Below are positions 45,993 to 55,780 of a stretch of 64,000 nt of DNA, in pieces; the first letter of the stretch is position 1, and every line of letters begins with the position of its first letter. The position numbers and the translations under genes are program-made. The notes under the pieces were generated by a model, which did not search any database, was not told the DNA's origin, and worked only from the letters and a program-made list of their open reading frames with translations. Origin of the DNA: a virus; the IMG/VR virus record IMGVR_UViG_3300032224_001591, positions 83,249 to 147,248 of that record; one strand, written 5' to 3'.

Positions 45993-47426
45993 ATGAATTC
46001 AGAGTTTATGTATTTGCCTCCCGAGAAGAGGAAAAAAATTCTCCTAATCACAGACGATATTCGAGTACACTCAGGTGTAGCTACAGTAGGTAGAGAAATC
46101 GTTTTACACACAGCACAACATTTTAATTGGGTTACTTTAGGGGGATCTATTAAACACCCCGAATCCGGTAAACGTTTTGATTTATCCCAATCTACCAATG
46201 ACACTACAGGATTAAAAGATTCATCAGTTATGATTTATCCAGTAGATGGATATGGCAGTCCCGAATTAATACGTAGTATTATTGATTTTGAAAAACCAGA
46301 TGCTATAATGTTGATCACTGATCCTCGTTATTTTATTCATATTTTTCAAATTGAAAATGAAATTCGTAAAAATATTCCTATAGCATATTTGAATATTTGG
46401 GATGATTATCCAGCTCCACTTTATAATAAAGCATATTATGAAGCGTGTGATTTATTAATGGGAATTTCTAAACAAACAGTTAATATTAATAAATTAGTTT
46501 TAGGTGATAAAGCTAAAAATAAAGTTATTAGATATGTTCCTCATGGTTTAAATCATAATATGATGAAACCGTTAGATAAAGATAATGTTGATTTAGTTAA
46601 ATTTAAAAAAGCATTATTTGGAAATAAAGAATATGATTTTGTTTTATTTTTTAATTCTAGAAATATTAGACGTAAACAAATTCCTGACACAATGTTAGCT
46701 TATAAATTGTTTATAGATCAATTACCTATTGAACAAGCTAAAAAATGTGCTTTTGTTTTACATACTGAAATAGTAAGTGAACATGGAACTGATTTAGAGG
46801 CAGTTAGAGAATTATTATTAGAAGGAGAACAATATAATGTTTATTTTTCTAGCAATAGATTCAGTACAGAAGAAATGAATTTATTGTATAATTGTACTGA
46901 TGCTCAAATTTTATTAACATCAAACGAAGGATGGGGATTAAGTTTAACAGAAGCTATTTTAGTAGGTAATCCAATTATCGCTAATGTAACTGGTGGTATG
47001 CAAGACCAAATGCGTTTTTCCGTTGATGGTGGATGGATTGATTTTGATGCTGATTTTCCTTCAAACCATAATGGTACTATTAAAGAATGTGGTAATTGGG
47101 CTTTCCCAGTATTCCCAACTAATAGATCGATTGTTGGTTCGCCTCAAACTCCTTATATTTGGGATGATAGATGTACAGCTGAAGATGCATCTGCTCAAAT
47201 CATGAATGCTTATAAATTAGGTAGAGAAGAATTAAAACGTAGAGGATTAGAAGGCAGAGAATGGGCGTTAGGTGCTGAAGCTGGTTTTACTGGTGAAATG
47301 CAAGGTAAACGTGTTATTGAAGCTTTTACAACTTTATTTAATACTTGGAAACCTAGAGAAAAATATGAGCTGATAAATACCAATGACACAAAAGAAAATG
47401 TTATAAACCATAAAATATTATACTAA
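45993..47426 (+). CDS. Glycosyltransferase family 4 (GT-B)
   Basis: SGVA, VPHG, RNIRRK, NEGWGLSLTEA. Confidence 0.85.
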   Translation: MNSEFMYLPPEKRKKILLITDDIRVHSGVATVGREIVLHTAQHFNWVTLGGSIKHPESGKRFDLSQSTNDTTGLKDSSVMIYPVDGYGSPELIRSIIDFEKPDAIMLITDPRYFIHIFQIENEIRKNIPIAYLNIWDDYPAPLYNKAYYEACDLLMGISKQTVNINKLVLGDKAKNKVIRYVPHGLNHNMMKPLDKDNVDLVKFKKALFGNKEYDFVLFFNSRNIRRKQIPDTMLAYKLFIDQLPIEQAKKCAFVLHTEIVSEHGTDLEAVRELLLEGEQYNVYFSSNRFSTEEMNLLYNCTDAQILLTSNEGWGLSLTEAILVGNPIIANVTGGMQDQMRFSVDGGWIDFDADFPSNHNGTIKECGNWAFPVFPTNRSIVGSPQTPYIWDDRCTAEDASAQIMNAYKLGREELKRRGLEGREWALGAEAGFTGEMQGKRVIEAFTTLFNTWKPREKYELINTNDTKENVINHKILY

Positions 47427-47427
47427 A

Positions 47428-48714
47428 ATGAAACCATTATTTGTTATATCTTGCCCCTTCGACACATACTCAGGTTACGGTTCCCGTTCAAGAGATGTTA
47501 TTAAAGCTATTATTGAATTAGATAAATACGATGTTAAATTACTTTCCCAACGTTGGGGTTCTACACCTTGGGGATTTTGTAAAGATAATTCTGAATGGAG
47601 TTTTTTATATAATCATGTATTAGACCAAGCTCAAATGAGTAGACAACCTGATATTTGGATGCAAATTACAGTTCCAAATGAATTTCAACCAGTAGGAAAA
47701 TATAATATTGGTGTTACAGCAGGTATTGAAACTACAATTTGTGCTCCTGAATGGATTGAAGGAATTAATAAAATGAATTTAACTTTAGTTTCATCTGAAC
47801 ATTCTAAAAAAGTATTTGAAACTAGTAAGTTTGAAAAAAGAGATAAAAATACAAACGCACTTCAAGGATTAATTGAACTACAAAAACCAATTGAAGTATT
47901 ATTTGAGGGTGCTAATACTGATATCTATAAAATAATAGAACAAAACCAAATCAAAACAATTGATTTATCTTCAATTAAAGAAGATTTTGCTTACCTATTT
48001 GTAGGTCACTGGTTGCAAGGTGATTTAGGTGAGGACCGAAAAAACGTTGGTTTATTGGTTAAAGCGTTCTATGAAATATTTAAAAATAAATCGAAGAAAC
48101 CGGCCTTAATATTGAAAACAGCCATAGCTGGTTCATCATACATCGATAGAGAAGAAATTCTTAAACGTATTAAGATGATTAAGAAAACAGTTAATTCTAA
48201 AGATTTACCAAATGTTTATTTACTAATAGGTGATTTTTCAGATGAAGAAATGAATGAATTGTATAATCATTCTAAAGTAAAAACAATGGTTAATTTAACT
48301 AAAGGTGAAGGTTTTGGACGTCCATTACTTGAATTTAGTTTAGTTAAAAAACCTATTATTACTTCAAATTGGAGTGGACATACTGATTTCTTAGAAAAAG
48401 AATTTAACATAATGTTAGAAGGTCAATTAACTAATGTTCATCCAAGTGCTGCCAATGAATTTTTACTTAAAGATAGTCAATGGTTTTCTCCAGATCAAGG
48501 TCAAATAGGTTATTATTTAAAAGATGTATTTGAAAATTATAAAAATTATCTAGAAGGAGCTAAACGACAAACCTATAGAAGTAAACAGAAATTTAGTTGG
48601 AATGAAATGAAAAATGAAGTTAATAGTTTATCAAATAAGTATATTCCTGAATTTCCTAAAGAAATAAAATTAAAATTACCTACTCTTAACAAAATTGAAT
48701 TACCTAAAAAATAA
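47428..48714 (+). CDS. Glycosyltransferase family 4 (GT-B)
   Basis: SGYG, RKN, KGEGFGRPLLEF, SGHTDF. Confidence 0.85.
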   Translation: MKPLFVISCPFDTYSGYGSRSRDVIKAIIELDKYDVKLLSQRWGSTPWGFCKDNSEWSFLYNHVLDQAQMSRQPDIWMQITVPNEFQPVGKYNIGVTAGIETTICAPEWIEGINKMNLTLVSSEHSKKVFETSKFEKRDKNTNALQGLIELQKPIEVLFEGANTDIYKIIEQNQIKTIDLSSIKEDFAYLFVGHWLQGDLGEDRKNVGLLVKAFYEIFKNKSKKPALILKTAIAGSSYIDREEILKRIKMIKKTVNSKDLPNVYLLIGDFSDEEMNELYNHSKVKTMVNLTKGEGFGRPLLEFSLVKKPIITSNWSGHTDFLEKEFNIMLEGQLTNVHPSAANEFLLKDSQWFSPDQGQIGYYLKDVFENYKNYLEGAKRQTYRSKQKFSWNEMKNEVNSLSNKYIPEFPKEIKLKLPTLNKIELPKK

Positions 48715-48719
48715 ATAAA

Positions 48720-49187
48720 ATGGATAACTTAACAATATGTGATCGTTGTGGATCAGACGCTTGTTTTGTAAATGAAATTCCTACATCCGATGGTGGTGCT
48801 ATTAAAACGCACCACTGTATGGGATGTGGTTTTACTACAAACTCATTGATGAAAGAAGGAGAAGTATTTTACAATGAACAAAAAGAAATATTACCTGAAA
48901 TTTATCAATCATTATTTCATACCGACTTAGAGGGTAAAATATGGATGCCTTCAGCAGTAAATTTACCCCAAAGTGGAATGGTATTTGCTAATGGAAATAA
49001 AGCAACTAATTGGAAATGGTCAGCGGTTAAAGCAGTTCCTGTTACTGAAGAAGAGAAAGAAAAATATCCAATTAAAGGAAAAGAAGGTCAATATTATGAA
49101 TGGAGAATGGATATGACCACTATCAAACATTTTGATGAAAAAGAATATATGGATGCCTTAAGCTATATAGGAGTAATCCCTGAATAA
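48720..49187 (+). CDS. Hypothetical Zn-ribbon protein
   Basis: CDRC and CMGC pairs. Confidence 0.65.
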   Translation: MDNLTICDRCGSDACFVNEIPTSDGGAIKTHHCMGCGFTTNSLMKEGEVFYNEQKEILPEIYQSLFHTDLEGKIWMPSAVNLPQSGMVFANGNKATNWKWSAVKAVPVTEEEKEKYPIKGKEGQYYEWRMDMTTIKHFDEKEYMDALSYIGVIPE

Positions 49188-49205
49188 TTTAAAAAATAAA
49201 CTAAC

Positions 49206-49613
49206 ATGCAAGAAAGAAAGTATTTACCAACATTAAGTGAATTAGTAGATAGATTATCTATTACACAATTAAAAGAAGTATTCATTACAGATCATAAAGA
49301 AGAATACGCAAAAGAAATTTCAGACATAGTTCATGATATTCAACTATTTTTAGATGAAAATAAAACAGAACCTATTACAGCTGAAACTATTAGAGCAATC
49401 GTTGTTTTATCTCAAATGAATTTACATATTTGGCATAATGAATCCAATTATCGTAAAGGTATTAAAGATGGTAATAACTTAGAATTAACCCATGGATTAA
49501 ATGGGATTCGAAACACAGCAAAAAATAAAATCCAAGAAGTAGTAGGTGGTCGTAAAGATTATAAAATCGATTGTTTAGCTGCTGAATTTAAAGATTGGGA
49601 AATTAGTTGGTAA
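49206..49613 (+). CDS. Hypothetical helical protein (DUF4254-like)
   Basis: ELVDRLSI..LK, N..IWH.E, N..R...KN.I pattern. Confidence 0.5.
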   Translation: MQERKYLPTLSELVDRLSITQLKEVFITDHKEEYAKEISDIVHDIQLFLDENKTEPITAETIRAIVVLSQMNLHIWHNESNYRKGIKDGNNLELTHGLNGIRNTAKNKIQEVVGGRKDYKIDCLAAEFKDWEISW

Positions 49614-49635
49614 TTTAAAAAAAAGGTTGTATATT
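49607..49635 (+). promoter_or_regulatory. TTGG-N19-TATATT promoter
   Basis: Exact motif upstream of the GT2 gene. Confidence 0.65.
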
Positions 49636-49642
49636 TAATAAT

Positions 49643-50284
49643 ATGAAAATAAGTTACGCTATACTAACACACAATGAAGGTCAATACATTGAAACATTAT
49701 TATCCTTCTTAACCAATAACAAACGTCCTCAAGATGAGATTGTTGTTGTAGATGATTTTTCTAAAGATGAATTAACAATTCAAATATTAGATAAATATAA
49801 ATCACAGATTATCCTAGACTATAGAGTATTTGATGGTGACCATACCCAGAAAAACTATTTAAACAGCTTATGTACTGGAGATTATATTCTCCAGTTAGAT
49901 GCGGATGAATTAATATCTGAAGATTTAATTAATGTTCTTCCTACTTTATTAGAAGATAATTCTGAAATAAATTTATTTATAATGCCTCGTATTAATACGG
50001 TTGAGGGATTAACTCAAGAATGGATTCAAAAATGGGGTTGGAATGTTAATGAAAAAGGATGGGTTAATTTTCCTGATTGGCAAATGAGATTATATCGTAA
50101 TAGTGATACTATAAAGTGGGATGGATTATTACATAGTAAAATTGATGGATATAAAACATATGTTACTCTTCCTCCTGAAGAAATTTATTGTATAATACAT
50201 CCTAAACAATTAGACAGACAAATTACTCAAAATAATCTTTATGATAAGATAGAAGCTAATGGTCGTCAAAAATATAAAGTATGA
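49643..50284 (+). CDS. Glycosyltransferase family 2
   Basis: ISYAILTHNE, VVVDDFS, LDADE, PDWQMRL. Confidence 0.85.
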   Translation: MKISYAILTHNEGQYIETLLSFLTNNKRPQDEIVVVDDFSKDELTIQILDKYKSQIILDYRVFDGDHTQKNYLNSLCTGDYILQLDADELISEDLINVLPTLLEDNSEINLFIMPRINTVEGLTQEWIQKWGWNVNEKGWVNFPDWQMRLYRNSDTIKWDGLLHSKIDGYKTYVTLPPEEIYCIIHPKQLDRQITQNNLYDKIEANGRQKYKV

Positions 50285-51084
50285 TATTAAAAGATATTAT
50301 TAATAAAAGCTATTATGGTACTGTAGGTTATATAGGTAGTGAAGAAGATATAGATCGTTTAGAACAATACATTAATCTTAACCTACCTATTTTATCTCAG
50401 TTTAAAGGAATAATAAGTGCTACTACTTTTAGTCAAGATAATCCTCAAGACTTATACGATAAATTATATAAAGTATGGGAAAAATATTTTCCTGATTCTA
50501 AAAATATAAATAACGGTATTAGTAGAGGCCATTGTTTTGGAGCGGCCGACAACGATAACAGTATAATAGATTATTGTAAATCAAATCAAATAGATTGGGT
50601 TTGTAAAAGTGCTTATGATATTGCTTTATTTGAGGAATGTTTGAATATACAAATAGAAGATGCTGATTTTTATTATTTAGAAGGAATTAGTAAACATAAT
50701 ATATTAACTAACAGTTCAAATTTTGAAGCTTTATTTAATAACCATTATTCACCTCAAACAAATTTTTATTTTATAAATACTTCTAAGGTAGATTATTTAA
50801 ATAGTAAAAGTTATATAGATGAAAGTCATTATTATTCTTTAAAAATACCAAACTATAGTGGAAAAATATGGGAATATATTGAAGGATGGAGTAATGAAAA
50901 CTTATTAAAATATTGTACTGTAAGAAACGGATTAAAAAAACAACATTTAGCAGATAAAACAAAATATAAAAAATTATATGATGCTGTAATAATGTACGAG
51001 GTATGGGATCCTTCCCATAAAAATATAGTAATTAATGGTATATGCCATTATCATTACCCTGATGAAAAAATAATTAATATATGA
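50281..51084 (+). CDS. Hypothetical protein (possible glycan-modifying enzyme)
   Basis: 267-aa ORF inside the sugar cluster. Confidence 0.6.
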   Translation: MILKDIINKSYYGTVGYIGSEEDIDRLEQYINLNLPILSQFKGIISATTFSQDNPQDLYDKLYKVWEKYFPDSKNINNGISRGHCFGAADNDNSIIDYCKSNQIDWVCKSAYDIALFEECLNIQIEDADFYYLEGISKHNILTNSSNFEALFNNHYSPQTNFYFINTSKVDYLNSKSYIDESHYYSLKIPNYSGKIWEYIEGWSNENLLKYCTVRNGLKKQHLADKTKYKKLYDAVIMYEVWDPSHKNIVINGICHYHYPDEKIINI

Positions 51085-51605
51085 AATATTCTTATAAAAA
51101 TCTTAAAGACGTACCCTTAATTGAACCCGATATTTTCTATGACCATAGAGGAGAGTATGTAGAAACATTCAATTCAGAATACTATAAAGTATTTGGTGAT
51201 ATTGAATGGAAACAAGATAGTTTTAGTACATCTGTTAAAAATACACTACGTGGATTACATGGCGACTCTAAAACATGGAAATTAATTCAATGTTTAAAAG
51301 GATCTATAATACTAGCAGTAGTAGACATGCGAGAAAATAGTTCTACTTATTTAAAACATGATTTATTTTATCTTAATGAAAAAAATAGACATCAAGTATT
51401 AGTACCTCCAATGTTTGCTAATGGACATTATGTTATAGAAGATTGTATTTTTAGTTATAAACAATCTACTCTATATACCGGAGCACAAAACCAATTTACC
51501 GTAAGATGGGATGATCCAGAATTGAATATTTTTTGGCCTAATCAATCTCCTATATTATCATCAAGAGATAAAAACGCAAACTTTTTAAATTTAAAAAACA
51601 TATGA
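51081..51605 (+). CDS. rmlC: dTDP-4-dehydrorhamnose 3,5-epimerase family
   Basis: DHRG..ETF, QD..S.S...LRGLH, VD.R..S.TY, WDDP.L.I.WP, LS.RD. Confidence 0.88.
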   Translation: MKYSYKNLKDVPLIEPDIFYDHRGEYVETFNSEYYKVFGDIEWKQDSFSTSVKNTLRGLHGDSKTWKLIQCLKGSIILAVVDMRENSSTYLKHDLFYLNEKNRHQVLVPPMFANGHYVIEDCIFSYKQSTLYTGAQNQFTVRWDDPELNIFWPNQSPILSSRDKNANFLNLKNI

Positions 51606-52552
51606 AAATATTAATCACCGGAGCTGCAGGTTATTTAGGATCAGTTTTAATTGATCATTTATTTACTAAACATGATAATATGTTTGATAAAATAATCGCT
51701 GTAGATAATTTAATGTATAAACAAACATCTTTAAGTCATTATTGTCATCGTGATAAATTTGAATTTCACAAATTAGATGTTCGTAATTATGATAAAATGC
51801 TTCCTTTAGTACAACAAGCAGATGTTATTATCCCTTTAGCTTGTATTGTTGGAATGCCTGCTTGTAAAAAATTTCCTGAATTAACAGTAGCAACTAATCA
51901 GGAGGCAATTGAGTGGTTAGCTAAAGTAACTCGTCCTGATCAAAAAATAATTTTTCCAACTACAAATAGTGGATATGGAATAGGTCAAGAAGGAATTCAT
52001 TGTACTGAAGAAACTCCACTAACACCTATTTCTCTTTATGGTGTAACTAAAGTACAAGCTGAAAAAGCATTATTAGATAATGGAAATGCTGTTACTTTTA
52101 GATTAGCAACAGTATTTGGAATGTCTCCAAGAATGAGACTAGATTTATTGGTAAATGATTTTACTTATAAAGCATATAAAGATAATTATATAGTATTATT
52201 TGAATCTCATTTTAAACGTAATTTTATTCATATTAGAGATGTAGCTAAAACATTTGTATTTGCTATTCATAATTTTGATAAAATGAAAGGCCAAACATAC
52301 AATGTAGGTTTAAGCTCAGCTAACATTAGTAAAAAAGAGTTATGTGATGCTATTAAAATATTTATTCCTGATTTTTATATTGCTGAAAGTGAAATAAATG
52401 AAGATCCAGATAAACGAAATTATATAGTAAGTAATGATAAATTAGAATCATTAGGATGGTATCCTGAATATGATTTAAAAACAGGTATAGCTGAATTACT
52501 TAAAGCTTATCCAATAATAGAAAATTCAAACAATAATTTTACAAACCTATAA
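51602..52552 (+). CDS. NAD-dependent sugar epimerase/dehydratase
   Basis: TGAAGYLG, YGVTK, RLATVFG.SPRMR.DL. Confidence 0.88.
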   Translation: MKILITGAAGYLGSVLIDHLFTKHDNMFDKIIAVDNLMYKQTSLSHYCHRDKFEFHKLDVRNYDKMLPLVQQADVIIPLACIVGMPACKKFPELTVATNQEAIEWLAKVTRPDQKIIFPTTNSGYGIGQEGIHCTEETPLTPISLYGVTKVQAEKALLDNGNAVTFRLATVFGMSPRMRLDLLVNDFTYKAYKDNYIVLFESHFKRNFIHIRDVAKTFVFAIHNFDKMKGQTYNVGLSSANISKKELCDAIKIFIPDFYIAESEINEDPDKRNYIVSNDKLESLGWYPEYDLKTGIAELLKAYPIIENSNNNFTNL

Positions 52553-52553
52553 C

Positions 52554-53171
52554 ATGAAAGAATCAGTACAAGAATTATTTGAAAGATGTATTTATTATAC
52601 ACTTTCTCAAGAACCTAGAGATAGTGATTGGCATTTAATGACTTTATTTTCTTTAGTACTACAAAATAAAAGTAAAAATATTTTAGAATTAGGTGTTCGT
52701 TATGGTGATACAACAGAACCTATGATTGCCGGTGCCTCATTAACGGGAGGTAAAATAACATGTGTTGATATTGATCAAACACTTTGGACATGTCCTGAAG
52801 ATTTAAAAGATATCTATACCTTTATAAAATCAGATACTATTAAATTTCTTGAAGAAGCAGTAGCACGAAATGAATATTATGATTTCATTTATATTGATGA
52901 TTGGCATACTTATCCTCATGTTAAAAGAGAACTTGAATTAGTTGATCAGCTTTCAGATGAAAAAACAATTATAGTACTTCATGATTTAATGGGTAGTAAA
53001 TGTGCTCCTGATTATTATAATCCAATAAGTGCCATAGGTACTGAATGGGATGAAGGTGGTCCTTTTAGAGCAGTCAATGAATTAGATTTAGCTAAATGGG
53101 AATGGATGACTATTCCTGTAAATAATGGATTAACATTATTGAGAAAACGTTCTAAAGTATTAGATTTTTAA
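52554..53171 (+). CDS. SAM-dependent methyltransferase (Methyltransf_24-like)
   Basis: ILELGV, DFIYIDD.H.Y, IVLHD. Confidence 0.8.
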   Translation: MKESVQELFERCIYYTLSQEPRDSDWHLMTLFSLVLQNKSKNILELGVRYGDTTEPMIAGASLTGGKITCVDIDQTLWTCPEDLKDIYTFIKSDTIKFLEEAVARNEYYDFIYIDDWHTYPHVKRELELVDQLSDEKTIIVLHDLMGSKCAPDYYNPISAIGTEWDEGGPFRAVNELDLAKWEWMTIPVNNGLTLLRKRSKVLDF

Positions 53172-54052
53172 TGAAAAAAGTATTAGTAACAGGAGCAAGT
53201 GGATTCGTAGGTAGGCATTTAGTGCCTGCCTTAGAAAATTTAGGATATGAAGTTATAAAACTAAATTCTCTTAATTTTCCAGATATGTGGAATATACAAG
53301 AAAAAATAGATTATATAGTTCATTTAGCTGTTAAAACAGCAGCCGGAGGATATTGTCAACAACACCCAGGTGAACAATATTTAATTAATACTAGTATAAA
53401 CATAGATATGTTATATTACTGGCAACAATTTCAACCTCAAGCAAAAATGATTACTTTTGGTTCTTCTTGTGGATATAGTGATAATGTACTTAAATTCGAA
53501 GAAAATTATTTAGAAGGTGAACCTGAAACCGGTTATGAAGTATATGGTAATGTAAAACGTAATTTATTAATTGGGTTAAGGGCATTAAACAAAGAATATA
53601 ACATGGATTATAGTTACTTAATTCCTTCTGTATTTTATGGCCCGGAATATGATTTACATGATAAACATTTCATATTTGATCTAATCAGAAAAATAGTAAA
53701 TGCTAAAAATACCGGTGAAAAAGTAGTGTTATGGGGTACTGGAGACCAAACTAGAGAACTTATTTACATAGAAGATGCAATTGATCTAATTCTCCAATCA
53801 CTTACTTGGAAAAGCAAAATAATTAACTTATCGTCAGGTAAGGCTTATTCGTTAAAAGAATATGCTCAGACAATTTGTAATATAGTAGGGTATGATTTTA
53901 ATTTAATAGAATGGGACGTAACGCAATTTGTAGGTTCCCGTAGTAAAAATTTAATTAATAACCAATTATACGATTATAAATTTACACCATTAAAAGATGG
54001 TTTAATAAAAACAATAAAATATTATGAAGATAGGAGTAGTAGTAGTAAATAG
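53171..54052 (+). CDS. NDP-sugar epimerase/reductase (GDP-fucose synthase-like SDR)
   Basis: TGASGFVG, GSSC, YGNVK, LWGTGDQTRELIY. Confidence 0.8.
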   Translation: MKKVLVTGASGFVGRHLVPALENLGYEVIKLNSLNFPDMWNIQEKIDYIVHLAVKTAAGGYCQQHPGEQYLINTSINIDMLYYWQQFQPQAKMITFGSSCGYSDNVLKFEENYLEGEPETGYEVYGNVKRNLLIGLRALNKEYNMDYSYLIPSVFYGPEYDLHDKHFIFDLIRKIVNAKNTGEKVVLWGTGDQTRELIYIEDAIDLILQSLTWKSKIINLSSGKAYSLKEYAQTICNIVGYDFNLIEWDVTQFVGSRSKNLINNQLYDYKFTPLKDGLIKTIKYYEDRSSSSK

Positions 54053-54908
54053 AAATGATGGTTACAAAGATTTTGAACGTGGGTTAATCCATTTCAAATC
54101 AATGTTAGATACTTTTGATGAAGTAACTTATATAGATTGGAACTCTCCTAATGGTTCATTTTTATGGGAAATAAAAGATCAATTACCCCAAACAGGTAAA
54201 ATAAAACACTTTGTAATCCCCCCAGAAATAGTATCTCAAATTATAGTTCATCCTAAAGCCCAACAATGTAATGAAGGTTTAAGTAGAAATATTGGTATTA
54301 AACGAAGCGAATGTGATTGGGTTGTTTCTACTAATATTGATATTATTCCTCCTAAACGAGAAGATTTAGTTAAATTAATTGAAACTTTAGACCCAAATAC
54401 TTTCTATACTATTTCAAGAAGAGAAGCACCAAAAGAAATAGTTTATAAGTATGGACATGAAAATTGGAAACAACTTCAAGAAGAATTATATAATACAATT
54501 CCTGAAAGACATTTTCCAGCAATGGTTTGTCCTAACGACCATTATAGTTTAATTAATTGCTGTGGGGATTTTCAACTTGCTCCTAAACACGTTTGGGAAG
54601 GTATAAGAGGATTTGAAGAAGAAATGGTATTCGCTTGTTTTGTAGATACTAATGCTCAGAAAAAAGCAAAATTAAAAGGATATGGGTTAGAAGTTTTATA
54701 TAATCCTCCCTTATTTCATATGGAACATGGTGCCTACTATACTAAAGAAGATGGAACACGAGTATCAGATCCAACAAATAAAGGTTCATTTAAAGGTGAT
54801 GATAAAGCGTATAATGATGTTTGGCAGTATGTTGAATTTTTTGAACAAACTGATAACAGTGAAAATTGGGGATTAGGAAATATTGAAATTGAATTTGAAA
54901 AAATATAA
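54024..54908 (+). CDS. Glycosyltransferase (GT-A-like)
   Basis: RND.Y, IDWNS, RNIGIKR, TNIDI, GDFQL, GFEE. Confidence 0.65.
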   Translation: MKIGVVVVNRNDGYKDFERGLIHFKSMLDTFDEVTYIDWNSPNGSFLWEIKDQLPQTGKIKHFVIPPEIVSQIIVHPKAQQCNEGLSRNIGIKRSECDWVVSTNIDIIPPKREDLVKLIETLDPNTFYTISRREAPKEIVYKYGHENWKQLQEELYNTIPERHFPAMVCPNDHYSLINCCGDFQLAPKHVWEGIRGFEEEMVFACFVDTNAQKKAKLKGYGLEVLYNPPLFHMEHGAYYTKEDGTRVSDPTNKGSFKGDDKAYNDVWQYVEFFEQTDNSENWGLGNIEIEFEKI

Positions 54909-54911
54909 AAT

Positions 54912-55067
54912 ATGAAATACGGCTTTTATAGAAAAAACGACCCCAATCAAGAAATCATAGATAAAACAATTAGTTTTTCTAGATTATCAGCAGCAAAATT
55001 CTTTGCACAACGTAAAGGACTAGCTTTAAAATTATTTTTAGGTATTTACGGTGTAAAGAAAGTATAA
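54912..55067 (+). CDS. Small basic protein, 51 aa (not in ORF track)
   Basis: MKYGFYRKND...YGVKKV*, with a TAATG overlap into the next gene. Confidence 0.6.
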   Translation: MKYGFYRKNDPNQEIIDKTISFSRLSAAKFFAQRKGLALKLFLGIYGVKKV

Positions 55068-55453
55068 TGGACATTAAAAAATTTGGACAACGATTAAAAT
55101 TAGAAGAATCTAAGACAACAAAAGTACTTAAGGAAAAAGAGGTATTTATAGAAAATATTAGTATATTAGAAGAAATACTACAACGCTCAGATAAATTATT
55201 TAATGGTTATAGTATAGATTTATACATGTACGAAGAACCATTTTTACAAATTATTGAAAATCTATTTTTACTTAAATATGGAGAAATAATAAGTGAAATT
55301 GTGTTTTGGTATTTATATGATAGAAAAGATGATGATGGAAATATTTACCCTTTAGTACTTGAAGAAGAAGATAAAGAACCGGTAGATATAATTTTAAAAA
55401 CACCTACCGATTTATGGAAATTTATAAATAAAAATTTAAACAATACAAAATAA
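55067..55453 (+). CDS. Hypothetical protein
   Basis: 128-aa ORF. Confidence 0.65.
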   Translation: MDIKKFGQRLKLEESKTTKVLKEKEVFIENISILEEILQRSDKLFNGYSIDLYMYEEPFLQIIENLFLLKYGEIISEIVFWYLYDRKDDDGNIYPLVLEEEDKEPVDIILKTPTDLWKFINKNLNNTK

Positions 55454-55456
55454 GTT

Positions 55457-55780
55457 ATGGAAACAGCAGTACGTTATTGCAAATGCGGAGTTCAAATACC
55501 TGCAGCAAGATTAAAAATTCTACCAAATACACACACTTGTGTTAATTGTTCGGATATTAAAACTAAAAAACCCGTTATCGTACAACGTGGAGAAGGTGAT
55601 CACACTTATACTGAAACATTATTTTTAGAACATGAAGATTATGTCCAATACGTTGAAGAAGAAACTAAATTAAGAAAACGAATGGGTATTTCAACTAAAG
55701 CAGAATTATTAGATTTTGATAACGAAGTACCAATCCCAACTAGAGTACCAGATATCGATTCAGACAAAATTAAACAATAA
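55457..55780 (+). CDS. DksA/TraR-type C4 zinc-finger protein
   Basis: CKCGVQIPAARLKILP...CVNC. Confidence 0.7.
   Translation: METAVRYCKCGVQIPAARLKILPNTHTCVNCSDIKTKKPVIVQRGEGDHTYTETLFLEHEDYVQYVEEETKLRKRMGISTKAELLDFDNEVPIPTRVPDIDSDKIKQ

Noticed and set aside
5241-47205. Short nested + strand ORFs (5241, 12961, 16940, 41577, 46993)
   Set aside because: They are alternate-frame ORFs inside conserved genes, with no motif or start-context support.
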